A stretch of 41,572 nt of DNA, the filler included, from a bacterium (lineage in GTDB: Bacteria > JAJRZV01): assembly GCA_024275095.1 (NCBI GenBank). It is 2 parts of 2 records of this genome, joined end to end, with 100 filler letters (N's around TTAATTAATTAA, not from the genome) between each part and the next. Parts side by side here need not be neighbours in the genome. Positions count along the whole stretch, not along the records: positions 1 to 31,368 come from JAJRZV010000036.1; 1 more part is not named here. One strand, given 5' to 3'. Positions 10,186 through 19,218 of this stretch are shown piece after piece (within the stretch, counting starts at the first letter, position 1; every line of letters starts with the position of its first letter). The translations under genes and the position numbers were made by a program. The notes beneath the pieces were generated by a model. That model searched no databases. It was given only the letters and a program-made list of their open reading frames with translations, and had not been told where the DNA came from.

Positions 10186-10998
10186 TCAGTCTTTTAAACA
10201 TTCCCTGAGTCTTTCGCTCAAAGCTCCCAGAGCCTTTGCAGAGGTATCAGGTATAAAAAAATCGTCAATATCAGAGAAAAATGGACCATTGGGGTTGATT
10301 TCCACAATAACTGCTCCACTCTCTTTTGCAATGCGGGGCAGGTATGCGGCCGGATACACCATTCCGGAAGTTCCTATAACAAGAAACAGATCGGCTCCCC
10401 GTGCGAGTGAGTAAGATTTCTCCAGGTGGTGAACAGGTTCACCAAAAAGAACAACGTTGGGTCTCATCAATCCTCCGCATCTTGAACACCGTGGAACCTG
10501 GCTCAAAATATTTTCCACCGAGAAATTATCTGCGGCATCAAGTAAAGCTTCCATTCGTCGAAGCACTTCAGATTTGCCCAGTTTCTCAATATAAAAGCAA
10601 CTCTGGCACCTAAATTCATAGAAGTTACCATGCAGTTCAATGACATTGTGACTACCTGCTTCCTGATGAAGATCATCTACATTTTGGGTTATTACACTCC
10701 GCAGTATTCCTTTCTGTTCCATATATGCAAGGGCAAAATGTCCAGCATTGGGTTCAGCATTTTTCAATGTCTCCAGCAATTCTCTCAAAAATGCGACAAG
10801 CACCTGGGGGCGAGACCGCAACGTGTTCATGATACTTTGAGATGTTCCAATTTCCGCGGGATTGAAACGATCCCATATTCCCCCGGGATCACGAAAAGTG
10901 GGGATTCCGCTTTCCTGTGATGCTCCTGCTCCTGTGAAAGCGATGCCGGATCGAGCACGGAGCACCACTTCTATCAACCGGTCTTCGATCACGGCCAT
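10186..10998 (-). CDS. cobB: NAD-dependent protein deacylase (sirtuin, CobB family); start at ATG 10998 or GTG 10992
   Basis: TGAGASQESGIPTFR, ITQNVDDLHQEAG, ELHGN, CxxC...CxxC, RPNVVLFGE, GTS. Confidence 0.92.
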   Translation of the reverse strand: MAVIEDRLIEVVLRARSGIAFTGAGASQESGIPTFRDPGGIWDRFNPAEIGTSQSIMNTLRSRPQVLVAFLRELLETLKNAEPNAGHFALAYMEQKGILRSVITQNVDDLHQEAGSHNVIELHGNFYEFRCQSCFYIEKLGKSEVLRRMEALLDAADNFSVENILSQVPRCSRCGGLMRPNVVLFGEPVHHLEKSYSLARGADLFLVIGTSGMVYPAAYLPRIAKESGAVIVEINPNGPFFSDIDDFFIPDTSAKALGALSERLRECLKD

Positions 10999-10999
10999 G

Positions 11000-11028
11000 A
11001 TGGTAGCTTTTCGTTGTTGAAATTGCAA
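11000..11028 (-). promoter_or_regulatory. Putative sigma-70 promoter for the cobB-hisS-argS-aspS run
   Basis: TTGCAA-N17-TACCAT immediately upstream of cobB. Confidence 0.45.
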
Positions 11029-11049
11029 CGTGTATAATCAACCATCCAA

Positions 11050-12435
11050 TCACACCTTCAGGCGCTTTTTGTTCACCACGATGCCGTATCTTTTTATTTT
11101 CTGCGTAAGACAGGGACGGGAAATACCCAGCAACCGTGCTGCAAGGCTCTTGTTACCCCCCGTATAATCCAGTACTCTCTGGATATGTTCTTTCTCAAGC
11201 TCCCATAACCGTTTTATTCGGGGACCTTCATTTAAATTTATTTTGTAGGAAGGATTGAGAATGATATCCTCGGCCATTATGTATTCACCCCGAGCAATAA
11301 GTACAGCACGATATATCACGTTTATAAGTTCTCTTACGTTCCCCGGCCAGTGATAAGAAAGCATTTTTTCCACTGCACGTGCTGTAATACCCTTAACGGG
11401 CCTGTGAAGTTCCCTTACCGCCTTTTTGAAAAAATGAGCAAGGAGGATGGGTATATCGTCTTTTCTTTCCCTCAAAGGAGGCACATGGATAGTAGCGACG
11501 TTGAGACGATAATAAAGATCCTCACGGAAATTGCCCTGTGAAATTTCGTCTTCCAGATTTCTATTTGTGGCAGCAAGAATCCTCGCATTGACTTTACGTT
11601 TTACATTTTCTCCCAGCCTCTCAAACTCCTTTTCCTGAATGACTCTCAGGAGTTTCACCTGAAGTTTGGGAGAGAGTTCTGCTATTTCGTCCAGAAAAAG
11701 CGTGCCCCCCGCTGCCGCTTCAATTTTACCCTGGCGGTCCTCCACTGCTCCGGTAAAAGCTCCACGACGATAACCAAACAATTCGCTCTCCAGCAAGGTT
11801 TCTGGAATTGCGGAACAATTTACTGCCACGAAAGGACCGTTTTTAAATGGACTGCGTTTGTGAATGGTTCGTGCAACAAGTTCCTTGCCGGAACCGGTAT
11901 CGCCGGTAATGAGCACAGGTACATCACTCATTGAAACCCTACCAACGGCGCGATACACACTCATCACTGCTTCGCTGCGCCCGATGAACATATCATCAGG
12001 GAAGTCTTCTTCGGGAAGATCCGAAATTTCTACGTAACCCCTTTTAACTTCCTGAGCATGTAACGCAAGATTAATGACACTTTTGAGGGTCTGTTCATCT
12101 TCCGCATTGATAACATCAAAAACGCCTCTGTCAATCGCAGATGTCGCAAGATTAAGGTTGTAATGAGGACTGACAAGGATAACCATTGTCTTTCTTACGG
12201 ACAGGAGCTTTTCCACATTAACAATGACTTCCTGTTCATCACGGTAATCTTCAGCCACGTAAAGAACAACCTGAGGTGCTTTGATGTGGTTGTTTACAAA
12301 CATATCAACTGTTTCGTACTTTTCAACATGAAGCGGAAAATCTTCAATGGGTTTTTCTTTGAGCAGGTGAAGGTAGAGCTGGTATGCAATTTTTCCCCTT
12401 CCTACCACCGAAACAATCTTTACGACGAGAATCAT
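11050..12435 (-). CDS. Sigma-54-dependent enhancer-binding protein (NtrC/Fis family) with a degenerate receiver-like N-terminus
   Basis: GDTGSGKE, ESELFG, GAFTGA, LFLDEI, FREDLYYRL, WPGNVREL; C-terminal Fis-type HTH (GNKSLAARLLGISR). Confidence 0.92.
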   Translation of the reverse strand: MILVVKIVSVVGRGKIAYQLYLHLLKEKPIEDFPLHVEKYETVDMFVNNHIKAPQVVLYVAEDYRDEQEVIVNVEKLLSVRKTMVILVSPHYNLNLATSAIDRGVFDVINAEDEQTLKSVINLALHAQEVKRGYVEISDLPEEDFPDDMFIGRSEAVMSVYRAVGRVSMSDVPVLITGDTGSGKELVARTIHKRSPFKNGPFVAVNCSAIPETLLESELFGYRRGAFTGAVEDRQGKIEAAAGGTLFLDEIAELSPKLQVKLLRVIQEKEFERLGENVKRKVNARILAATNRNLEDEISQGNFREDLYYRLNVATIHVPPLRERKDDIPILLAHFFKKAVRELHRPVKGITARAVEKMLSYHWPGNVRELINVIYRAVLIARGEYIMAEDIILNPSYKINLNEGPRIKRLWELEKEHIQRVLDYTGGNKSLAARLLGISRPCLTQKIKRYGIVVNKKRLKV

Positions 12436-12616
12436 TTTTACAGTGTCCCTTCCAAAGTGTAAAAAAAATTATACTCTTATAGGGTAAAGTTGTAAACAAT
12501 TTTTTCATTTTTTGTTATTAGAACATCCACAAGAGATGCCCGAAATGTATTCACTTCTGGAGAAAAGTCTTATAATCCGAACAATTGAATCAAGCCACAG
12601 TGAATCAAACATGAAA

Positions 12617-12632
12617 TGGCACGTTTATTGAT
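12617..12632 (+). promoter_or_regulatory. Sigma-54-like (-24/-12) promoter facing the SDR gene
   Basis: TGGCACGTTTATTGAT versus consensus TGGCAC-N5-TTGCW; perfect -24 element, C-to-A variant at -12; next to a divergent enhancer-binding protein gene. Confidence 0.5.
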
Positions 12633-12666
12633 ACTTTCTTAGGGTTGACTGTCAGGTCAATTAAGT

Positions 12667-12695
12667 TTGACCTCCCCCGCTTTTTTTAGTATAAC
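12667..12695 (+). promoter_or_regulatory. Sigma-70 promoter for the SDR gene
   Basis: TTGACC-N17-TATAAC, about 60 nt before the ATG; CAGGAGG RBS follows. Confidence 0.65.
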
Positions 12696-12709
12696 CCCCT
12701 CAGTAAAGG

Positions 12710-12729
12710 CCCCGCCTGGGAAGGCGGGG
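12710..12729 (+). other. Perfect 8-bp GC hairpin in the SDR 5' UTR
   Basis: CCCCGCCT-GGGA-AGGCGGGG; GNRA-type loop and no clean U tract. Confidence 0.7.
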
Positions 12730-12754
12730 TAAATTTATTCACAGGAGGTACGTC

Positions 12755-13600
12755 ATGGGTCTGCTGGATGGAAAGGTCGCTATTGTCACCGGTGCCGGAA
12801 GAGGCATCGGTAGGGAACACGCACTTGCACTCGCCCGCGAAGGGGCAAAAGTGGTGGTCAATGACCTGGGAGGTGAAGTCAATGGAAGTGGCCAGAGCAC
12901 CATGGTTGCCGACCAGGTGGTGGAAGAAATCAAAAAAATGGGAGGCGAAGCTGCACCCAGCTACGACAGCGTTTCCACACGGGAAGGAGCAAAGAATATC
13001 GTAAAAACGGCTCTCGACAATTTCGGGCGTCTCGATATTCTCATTAATAACGCGGGTATTCTTCGAGACAAAACCCTTCTCAAAATGACTGAGGAGATGT
13101 GGGACGTCGTTATCGAAGTACACCTGAAAGGCACATTTCTGTGTACTCAGGAAGCTGCTGCCGTAATGAAAGAACAGGGACAGGGTGGAAGAATTATCAA
13201 CACAACATCGTTCTCTGGTCTTATTGGTAATTTCGGTCAGTCCAATTACGGTGCGGCAAAAGCAGGGATTTACGGGTTTACACGAGTGGCCTCCATGGAA
13301 CTCATCCGCTACGGTATTACTGTAAACGCCATCGCTCCTGTGGCAATCACACGCATGACCAAAGACCTGCCCATGTTTCAGGGAGCTTCTGAAGAAGAGC
13401 TCGGGCCTCAGCATATCGCACCGGTTGTTGTATACCTTGCTTCTGATCTTTCAAAAGATGTAAACGGAAAAATTTTGGGAATTCAGGGGCGTCACGTTTT
13501 CGCATATCGCATGAGCGTAACCGAAGGTGTGAAAAAGAAAGAAGGAGTCTGGACGCCTCAGGAAATCCACGAAAACATCAAAAAGATACTCGGAGAGTAA
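12755..13600 (+). CDS. Short-chain dehydrogenase/reductase (3-hydroxyacyl-CoA dehydrogenase/MFE-2-like)
   Basis: TGAGRGIG, VVVNDLGG, NNAGILRD, catalytic NFGQSNYGAAK. Confidence 0.93.
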   Translation: MGLLDGKVAIVTGAGRGIGREHALALAREGAKVVVNDLGGEVNGSGQSTMVADQVVEEIKKMGGEAAPSYDSVSTREGAKNIVKTALDNFGRLDILINNAGILRDKTLLKMTEEMWDVVIEVHLKGTFLCTQEAAAVMKEQGQGGRIINTTSFSGLIGNFGQSNYGAAKAGIYGFTRVASMELIRYGITVNAIAPVAITRMTKDLPMFQGASEEELGPQHIAPVVVYLASDLSKDVNGKILGIQGRHVFAYRMSVTEGVKKKEGVWTPQEIHENIKKILGE

Positions 13601-13645
13601 TTAAGAACGAGCAATTTCTCTCCGACAAGAGGTATTCGAAGGCTG

Positions 13646-14503
13646 TCATCCTTCTGGATCCGCAGGTCGGATGGCAGCCTTTTTTTTAAGCAACTTAAAG
13701 AAGCTAAGATTATACGGATGTCCGGGTGCCATTACATCGAAAAGACCTTTTACGTGCGCGCCAAGAAGATACAGATCACCGAGAAAATCGAGAATCTTGT
13801 GTCTTACCGGTTCATCACGAAAAGCAGCAGCGCGAGGGTTTAAAAGCCCTGAATCACTGTAAACAAGAGCATTTTTTTCACTACCACCCTTTGCAAGACC
13901 TTTTGCCCGCAAATGTGCTATGTCCTTTTCGAGCACAAACGTTTTCGCAGGAGCAATTTCTCGAAGGAAATCTGTTCCTTCTCTGGAATAGGTGAAGGAT
14001 TGTCGGCCGATAGATGCAACCGGAAACTCGATTACACATCTTATTGCAAGACCTTCGTGTTCTCTTACCCGATAACGCCTGTTTCCACTGGACCATGTAA
14101 CTTCCAGTTTATCTGTGATTTTCAACACCGAGGCATGTCCTATTGATTCGAAGCCCGTTGATAAAAGAGCCGCGAGGAATTGCACTGCACTTCCGTCCAG
14201 AGCAGGAATTTCTCCAGAACCTGTGAGCTCCACCACTCCATCGGTAAGAAAAACACCTGTACATGCTGCGAGAAAATGCTCAATCGTCAAAATTTTACAG
14301 TCGTCTCTTTTTAAGCAGGTAGAACGACCTTCAGAATATGCAAATTCCAGCACGGCAGGTATTTTTACATCTTTATACTGAAATACCAGTGTCCCACCGG
14401 TATCTTCGGGATGAATTGTAATGCGACTTTTTTCTCCCGTGTGAAGGCCGGGGCCTTCCAAAAACAGGGAAGTTTTTAAGGTTTTGCGTTCAGGAAAGTC
14501 CAT
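13646..14503 (-). CDS. lpxC: UDP-3-O-acyl-N-acetylglucosamine deacetylase (start ATG 14503; ORF track extends to 14518)
   Basis: GPGLHTG, TIEHFLAA, EIPALDGSA, EIAPAKTF, HKILDFLGDL, GH catalytic His. Confidence 0.92.
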   Translation of the reverse strand: MDFPERKTLKTSLFLEGPGLHTGEKSRITIHPEDTGGTLVFQYKDVKIPAVLEFAYSEGRSTCLKRDDCKILTIEHFLAACTGVFLTDGVVELTGSGEIPALDGSAVQFLAALLSTGFESIGHASVLKITDKLEVTWSSGNRRYRVREHEGLAIRCVIEFPVASIGRQSFTYSREGTDFLREIAPAKTFVLEKDIAHLRAKGLAKGGSEKNALVYSDSGLLNPRAAAFRDEPVRHKILDFLGDLYLLGAHVKGLFDVMAPGHPYNLSFFKLLKKKAAIRPADPEG

Positions 14504-16652
14504 TTTTACGCCGTGCAATCCAGTCTATAACCAGTGCAACGCAGAAAAAAGCGAAAATTAAAGGTGAATGCCACATGGGCCAGGCAGCCACCTGTTCTCG
14601 CCGGTAAAAAACATTCTCGCCAAGCAATGAATCAAGTTCGCGGGGTGATACGTCCCCTATCTTAAACACGCGACTTTTTTCTTTGCCCAGCATACCTGCC
14701 AAATCTTCCAGGAATTGAGTGTCTACAGTCAGCCGCACCATCTCTTCAAATACGGGAGCATATACAAATTCTTTATCCGCAAGCACTTCATTGCTTTCGG
14801 AAAGCAGTTCTGCCTGATAAATTCCCTGTTTGAGATGTAAAACCCGGATGGTTTTCCATTCATTACTTATATTTTTGAATTCGTACGCAACTTTCTTTCC
14901 GTCTGTCTTACTAACGATTCTCATCTTGCCACTGGCCTGACCAGCAGGCACTCGAACCTGAATTTTTACTGCGTCTCCTGCTTCGTATTCCATTTCGTTT
15001 ATGCGCATAACAGACCTTCCCTCCAATCCTGCATGACCTGTAAGCCATCTTATCGCTCGTCTCATGAATTCATTATAGAGGTCGTAATAAAGGTTCTTTT
15101 CTACCGATTGTGCGTGAAGTGTCCATATGGTATCGGTGCCCACGTAAAGTCGGGCACCTGTTGATGTTTTTTCACATGCAACAACGAGCGGAACCCTTTC
15201 ATCGGCCGATTCTGCCAGTACCGCACAGCCATCACGTGGAGCAACGCCCTTTATATAACCCTCGATAAAAAGAGCCCCGTCTAAGGAACCAAAAATTGAG
15301 GTCAAATAGTGATGCGTTCCCACATCTGTAAGTTGAAGCGTTGTACGTTTATGCGAGTAATAAGGAGCACGAACGAATTTTACCGGCATGAGAGGATAGA
15401 TAGAAGAAAAGGTGTATCCCCCTCGTGCTATGCTCTCCTCGCCACCAATGAAAAACAAACTATTGTGACCTCGTTTTATGCTCCCTGCAATACTTTTGAA
15501 ATAGCGCGGAACAACATAAGGTCGTGCCGGGAAATTCTGAAGCACAATGATGTCAAATTCATCTATCGCATCTACAAACAATTCTTTGCCAGGGAAGGGA
15601 ATAAGACTCAGTTCCCGGTCTCTCGCCACAAAGTAATCTTCCGGTGTTCTAAGGATGATGAATGTAATGAGGTTTGTTCGGGGGTCTTCTTTGAGCACTT
15701 TTCTTAAAAATCTCACATCCCACGATGCCCTTCCTGCAATGTGAAGAACCCTGACAGTTCTCTTAACCGCTTCTACAACAAAAAATGCAGTATTGTTCTG
15801 TTTTGCATCATCATCTGCAGATATAGAAACCTCATAAATATGCACTCCTTCTCCGGAAGGCACAAATGTAAACGACACATTACCCTTACCTTTTGACATG
15901 CGTACAGTCTGGGTAGAAAGAAGCCTGTCGTTCTCCCGGAGGTTTACATTCCCCTTCCATCTCCGGGCCTTCCCACTGGAGTTCAAGGTAACCTCTACTT
16001 TTGCCGGCTCGTCGGCATAGACAAACGCCGGTGAGTGAATTTCAGTAATACTCACGTCATTAATTTCTTTTCTATCAGGATGTATAAAAACGACGGGCCT
16101 TATAAAAGGGAAATCCTCTGCATACCGAAGCACCACATCGCTGTTGGCTTTGGTATTGATGCCGTCGGTGATTACAATAAAGGCATCGTACTGTTTCTGC
16201 AAACGGGATATATTTTTTAAAAGGTCCAGGAAATCAGTACTTACATCCTGCGGCTTTCTCTCATACCATTTTTCGGATACCTCTCTCACTTTTTCTCCAA
16301 ACAGGAAAACTCCTGCCAGCCACCTTTTGTCCACCTTTCTTATCCACCTGACGGCATTTTCCCACCGGTTTAATCCATGCACGTCTGGAACATTCATGCT
16401 TGCTGAAGCATCCAGAAATACGGCTATGCGTGGATTTCTTGGCTCAAGCCTGTACTTCTCAATCCAGGGATTAAGGAGAAAAAATAAAACACAGACGATT
16501 ATGCCGATACGTGCAATTACCCAGAACGCAAAATACTGGGAGATGCGTCGCCATTGAAGCAAGGTAAGATACACAAGCATCAGGACAAGAGCAAATCCTG
16601 CCATCAGAAGATAAGGGTACTGAAACATTCGAAAAACGAGATGCGTATTCAT
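14490..16652 (-). CDS. Membrane protein with VWA-like, Ig-like and class I glutamine amidotransferase-like domains
   Basis: Two N-terminal TMs, MIDAS DASASM...ITDG, RVLHIAGRASWDVRFLR, FFIGG, C-terminal TM (WIARR). Confidence 0.75.
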   Translation of the reverse strand: MNTHLVFRMFQYPYLLMAGFALVLMLVYLTLLQWRRISQYFAFWVIARIGIIVCVLFFLLNPWIEKYRLEPRNPRIAVFLDASASMNVPDVHGLNRWENAVRWIRKVDKRWLAGVFLFGEKVREVSEKWYERKPQDVSTDFLDLLKNISRLQKQYDAFIVITDGINTKANSDVVLRYAEDFPFIRPVVFIHPDRKEINDVSITEIHSPAFVYADEPAKVEVTLNSSGKARRWKGNVNLRENDRLLSTQTVRMSKGKGNVSFTFVPSGEGVHIYEVSISADDDAKQNNTAFFVVEAVKRTVRVLHIAGRASWDVRFLRKVLKEDPRTNLITFIILRTPEDYFVARDRELSLIPFPGKELFVDAIDEFDIIVLQNFPARPYVVPRYFKSIAGSIKRGHNSLFFIGGEESIARGGYTFSSIYPLMPVKFVRAPYYSHKRTTLQLTDVGTHHYLTSIFGSLDGALFIEGYIKGVAPRDGCAVLAESADERVPLVVACEKTSTGARLYVGTDTIWTLHAQSVEKNLYYDLYNEFMRRAIRWLTGHAGLEGRSVMRINEMEYEAGDAVKIQVRVPAGQASGKMRIVSKTDGKKVAYEFKNISNEWKTIRVLHLKQGIYQAELLSESNEVLADKEFVYAPVFEEMVRLTVDTQFLEDLAGMLGKEKSRVFKIGDVSPRELDSLLGENVFYRREQVAAWPMWHSPLIFAFFCVALVIDWIARRKNGLS

Positions 16653-17407
16653 CGCTTTCTTAATCGTCTGGTTATATAAGGAATGTGAATTTGATCCTGT
16701 TTGTAATTAACCGTCAGTGCGTACATAACCACGTTGATAAGAGTTCTCAGAGACATCTCCCGGGATACGTCAGAGCCTCCTGCATCAGCCAAACTTCCAG
16801 CGCTGCTGCGTTCTATGGCACCAAGAGCATCGTTGAGGGAGACCACGACAGGTGAACGGTGCTCACCCTGAATGCCCAGGAAGTAACGTGATATATCGAA
16901 ACGGCCGTAAATTCTGTTTAAAAGGAAAAAAGTCCGGTATATCACGTGGTCTTTTCCAAGAGGTTCCAGCGATTTTCCTGGAAAGATCTGCATGAGCATC
17001 TGCTCGACTGCACCCAAAAAAGGACTGCCCTCTACCCCGGAGGCATCTTCAATAAACAAAAATCCTCCCATGTCCAGGTATTTTCTAAGGTTAGCAACTG
17101 CTTTCTCATCAAGCGGCGAAAACGGTTCGTACCCCAGAATGGTTGCAAAAGGCCTGTAAAGTAAATCTCGAGATGAAGGGTCCTCGTAAATAATATCTTT
17201 CGCAGCAACCACAGAAGTTCTTTTTTCCAGCTCCCAGAGAAAATTCTTTATGCCCTTATCACGCCAGCCTCGAGGAGAGATGTTCAATTTAACCCAGTGG
17301 AACTGCCAGAGGTTACTTTCTTTTGCCATCGCCGTTCCCCGTCTGACAAGCGGTGAAAACAAAAGGGAAATGTGTAACAGTGTCTTCAAAATCTCCCTGC
17401 GGTTCAT
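16649..17407 (-). CDS. DUF4159 family protein with a Tat-like signal
   Basis: LRKYLDMGGFLFIED, HVIYRTFF, NVVMYALT; N-terminal RREILK; typical position in MoxR clusters. Confidence 0.8.
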   Translation of the reverse strand: MNRREILKTLLHISLLFSPLVRRGTAMAKESNLWQFHWVKLNISPRGWRDKGIKNFLWELEKRTSVVAAKDIIYEDPSSRDLLYRPFATILGYEPFSPLDEKAVANLRKYLDMGGFLFIEDASGVEGSPFLGAVEQMLMQIFPGKSLEPLGKDHVIYRTFFLLNRIYGRFDISRYFLGIQGEHRSPVVVSLNDALGAIERSSAGSLADAGGSDVSREMSLRTLINVVMYALTVNYKQDQIHIPYITRRLRKR

Positions 17408-19218
17408 GGTTTCCTTCCAGATAAAAAGAATTCAACAGCACAGATGCACAAAAGAAAGAGTATAAAAAACTCATCAAGGTGTTTCTTCGTGCTGCTGGTT
17501 CTCACTGACTTTCTCAATGCCTCTTTCAGGTTTTTCACGATCTCTGCGTTTTTTATTCGGGGTAAAATGTTTTCCGGTTCAACTTTTTCCAGCTTCGAAT
17601 CGGAAAGGTCCGGATTCACTATTTCGTAGGTGCCATCCCTTCGCGTGTATACTCCCGGGCCTCTTGTTACCATTGTCAACTCGTCCTCAGCAAGCACATT
17701 TTCATGGTACTCTGGATGTCTCAATATATGTAGCAGTACGGGTAAAAAGGAAGGGCTAACAGCAAAATCAGACCATTCAAGGTCCAGAGGAAAGGCAAAT
17801 GCAAAAACAATACTTTTTGATGTTTTCAACCGGATAAGCGCGGGAGAACCATCAGATAAACTCAGGAGAATTTCAAACGGGGGCTTCTCGGGATATATCT
17901 CCAACGATCTTCTCACTTCAACTTTTGAAAGCGCTGTTATTAGACCCTGAGACGGATGAAAATACTTCATTCCTTCCTGTGTTACAGTGAGATACTGTGG
18001 AGGTACGTGCACAGCTTTGCGACCTATTATAATGCCGGCAAACCGCTCTCCCTCACCTGTCCGGTCTCCGGGAGCAAAGATGGTAACTCCCCCGTTCTTT
18101 ACTGCTTTTTCCAGGGCGGGCATGTCGAAATCCGTGGGAGAAGAATTAAGCAATACCACTGTCGCATTTTTTTTCAACTGATCCATCACTTCACCAGCAT
18201 CCATCGAAATTTTCGTTGCGGCCCAGAGGCGACCATCAGTACGAACTGCATTTATCAGGAAATAAGCCTCATCATAAATGGGGATTTCCGAAGGTTCACC
18301 ATTGTAAATTAATATGTTTCTTATGCCACCCTTTTGAGAAAGAGGAATATAAAAATGATTATCCAGCAGTACCCCGTCGGAGAAAGGGAGATGGATATGA
18401 AGTATATCTTTACTCCCGGTAGGGAACGGTACTGATGCATAAAACTCTCCCTTCTTTACGGGGTTCAAAGTCACCGTTACGGGATTCTGTTTTTCATTGA
18501 CAAAGGAAATCTCCGCGTTTTCCGGGGATACGTCTCCTATGGTCGCTACCTCAATCTGGATTAATTCCTTACCACCACGTCCTTTTTTGTGAATTTCTGC
18601 TTTTTCAATCCAGGCATTAAAGTTGCGACATCCTTTTGCCTGTACGAGAAACACATGTTGACTTCCTTCCACCTGTCCACTTCTTTTTTCCACACTCTTC
18701 CAGCCAGGTCCTCGAAAATCTGAGACAAAAATGAGATTTTCGTACATGCTGAGGGCCTCCAGACAAATCGGCGGATCTTCGGGAGAATTGAAGAAATGCA
18801 CTTCAGATTCATCTTTGATTTTCACCGGTAGAGAAGCGCATAAATAAATTGCGTTGCTTTTTCCTTTCTCAAGATAAGGCATTGCCTCTTTCAATTGACC
18901 CATTAGTTCGGCTGTATCGCACCCACTCATGGAAGGAGAAGCATCAATCGTGATGGCTGTATTTGAAACACCTGTAACGGCTCCACCCTTAACAAACGGA
19001 CGGGCGAACATAAATGCCAGCAGTGAAAAAAGCAACATGCGAATGAGCATTTGAATTATGTCTTCGATCCGGCGTTTTTTCGGTATCTGCTGGGCTAACA
19101 GAAGTCTGACGGGGGGAAACACCACCACTCGCCTCTTTTTTTTGAAAAGCAGGTGTACAAGCAGTGGAACGGCTATCAGCAACGGTAGCAGATAGAGGAA
19201 AACCGAATTCTCAAACAC
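17404..19218 (-). CDS. BatA (aerotolerance regulator N-terminal double TM) / VWA domain protein
   Basis: PLLVHLL..K...VVFP, IRML...FARP, DASPSM...VSDF, C-terminal TM. Confidence 0.82.
   Translation of the reverse strand: MFENSVFLYLLPLLIAVPLLVHLLFKKKRRVVVFPPVRLLLAQQIPKKRRIEDIIQMLIRMLLFSLLAFMFARPFVKGGAVTGVSNTAITIDASPSMSGCDTAELMGQLKEAMPYLEKGKSNAIYLCASLPVKIKDESEVHFFNSPEDPPICLEALSMYENLIFVSDFRGPGWKSVEKRSGQVEGSQHVFLVQAKGCRNFNAWIEKAEIHKKGRGGKELIQIEVATIGDVSPENAEISFVNEKQNPVTVTLNPVKKGEFYASVPFPTGSKDILHIHLPFSDGVLLDNHFYIPLSQKGGIRNILIYNGEPSEIPIYDEAYFLINAVRTDGRLWAATKISMDAGEVMDQLKKNATVVLLNSSPTDFDMPALEKAVKNGGVTIFAPGDRTGEGERFAGIIIGRKAVHVPPQYLTVTQEGMKYFHPSQGLITALSKVEVRRSLEIYPEKPPFEILLSLSDGSPALIRLKTSKSIVFAFAFPLDLEWSDFAVSPSFLPVLLHILRHPEYHENVLAEDELTMVTRGPGVYTRRDGTYEIVNPDLSDSKLEKVEPENILPRIKNAEIVKNLKEALRKSVRTSSTKKHLDEFFILFLLCICAVEFFLSGRKP

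Noticed and set aside
11012..11030. CGTTG...CAACG inverted repeat after the enhancer-binding protein gene
   Set aside because: Short stem with no U tract on the minus strand; not a credible terminator.
12686..13414. 242-aa minus-strand ORF
   Set aside because: Antisense shadow of the SDR gene; long antisense frames are common opposite SDRs.
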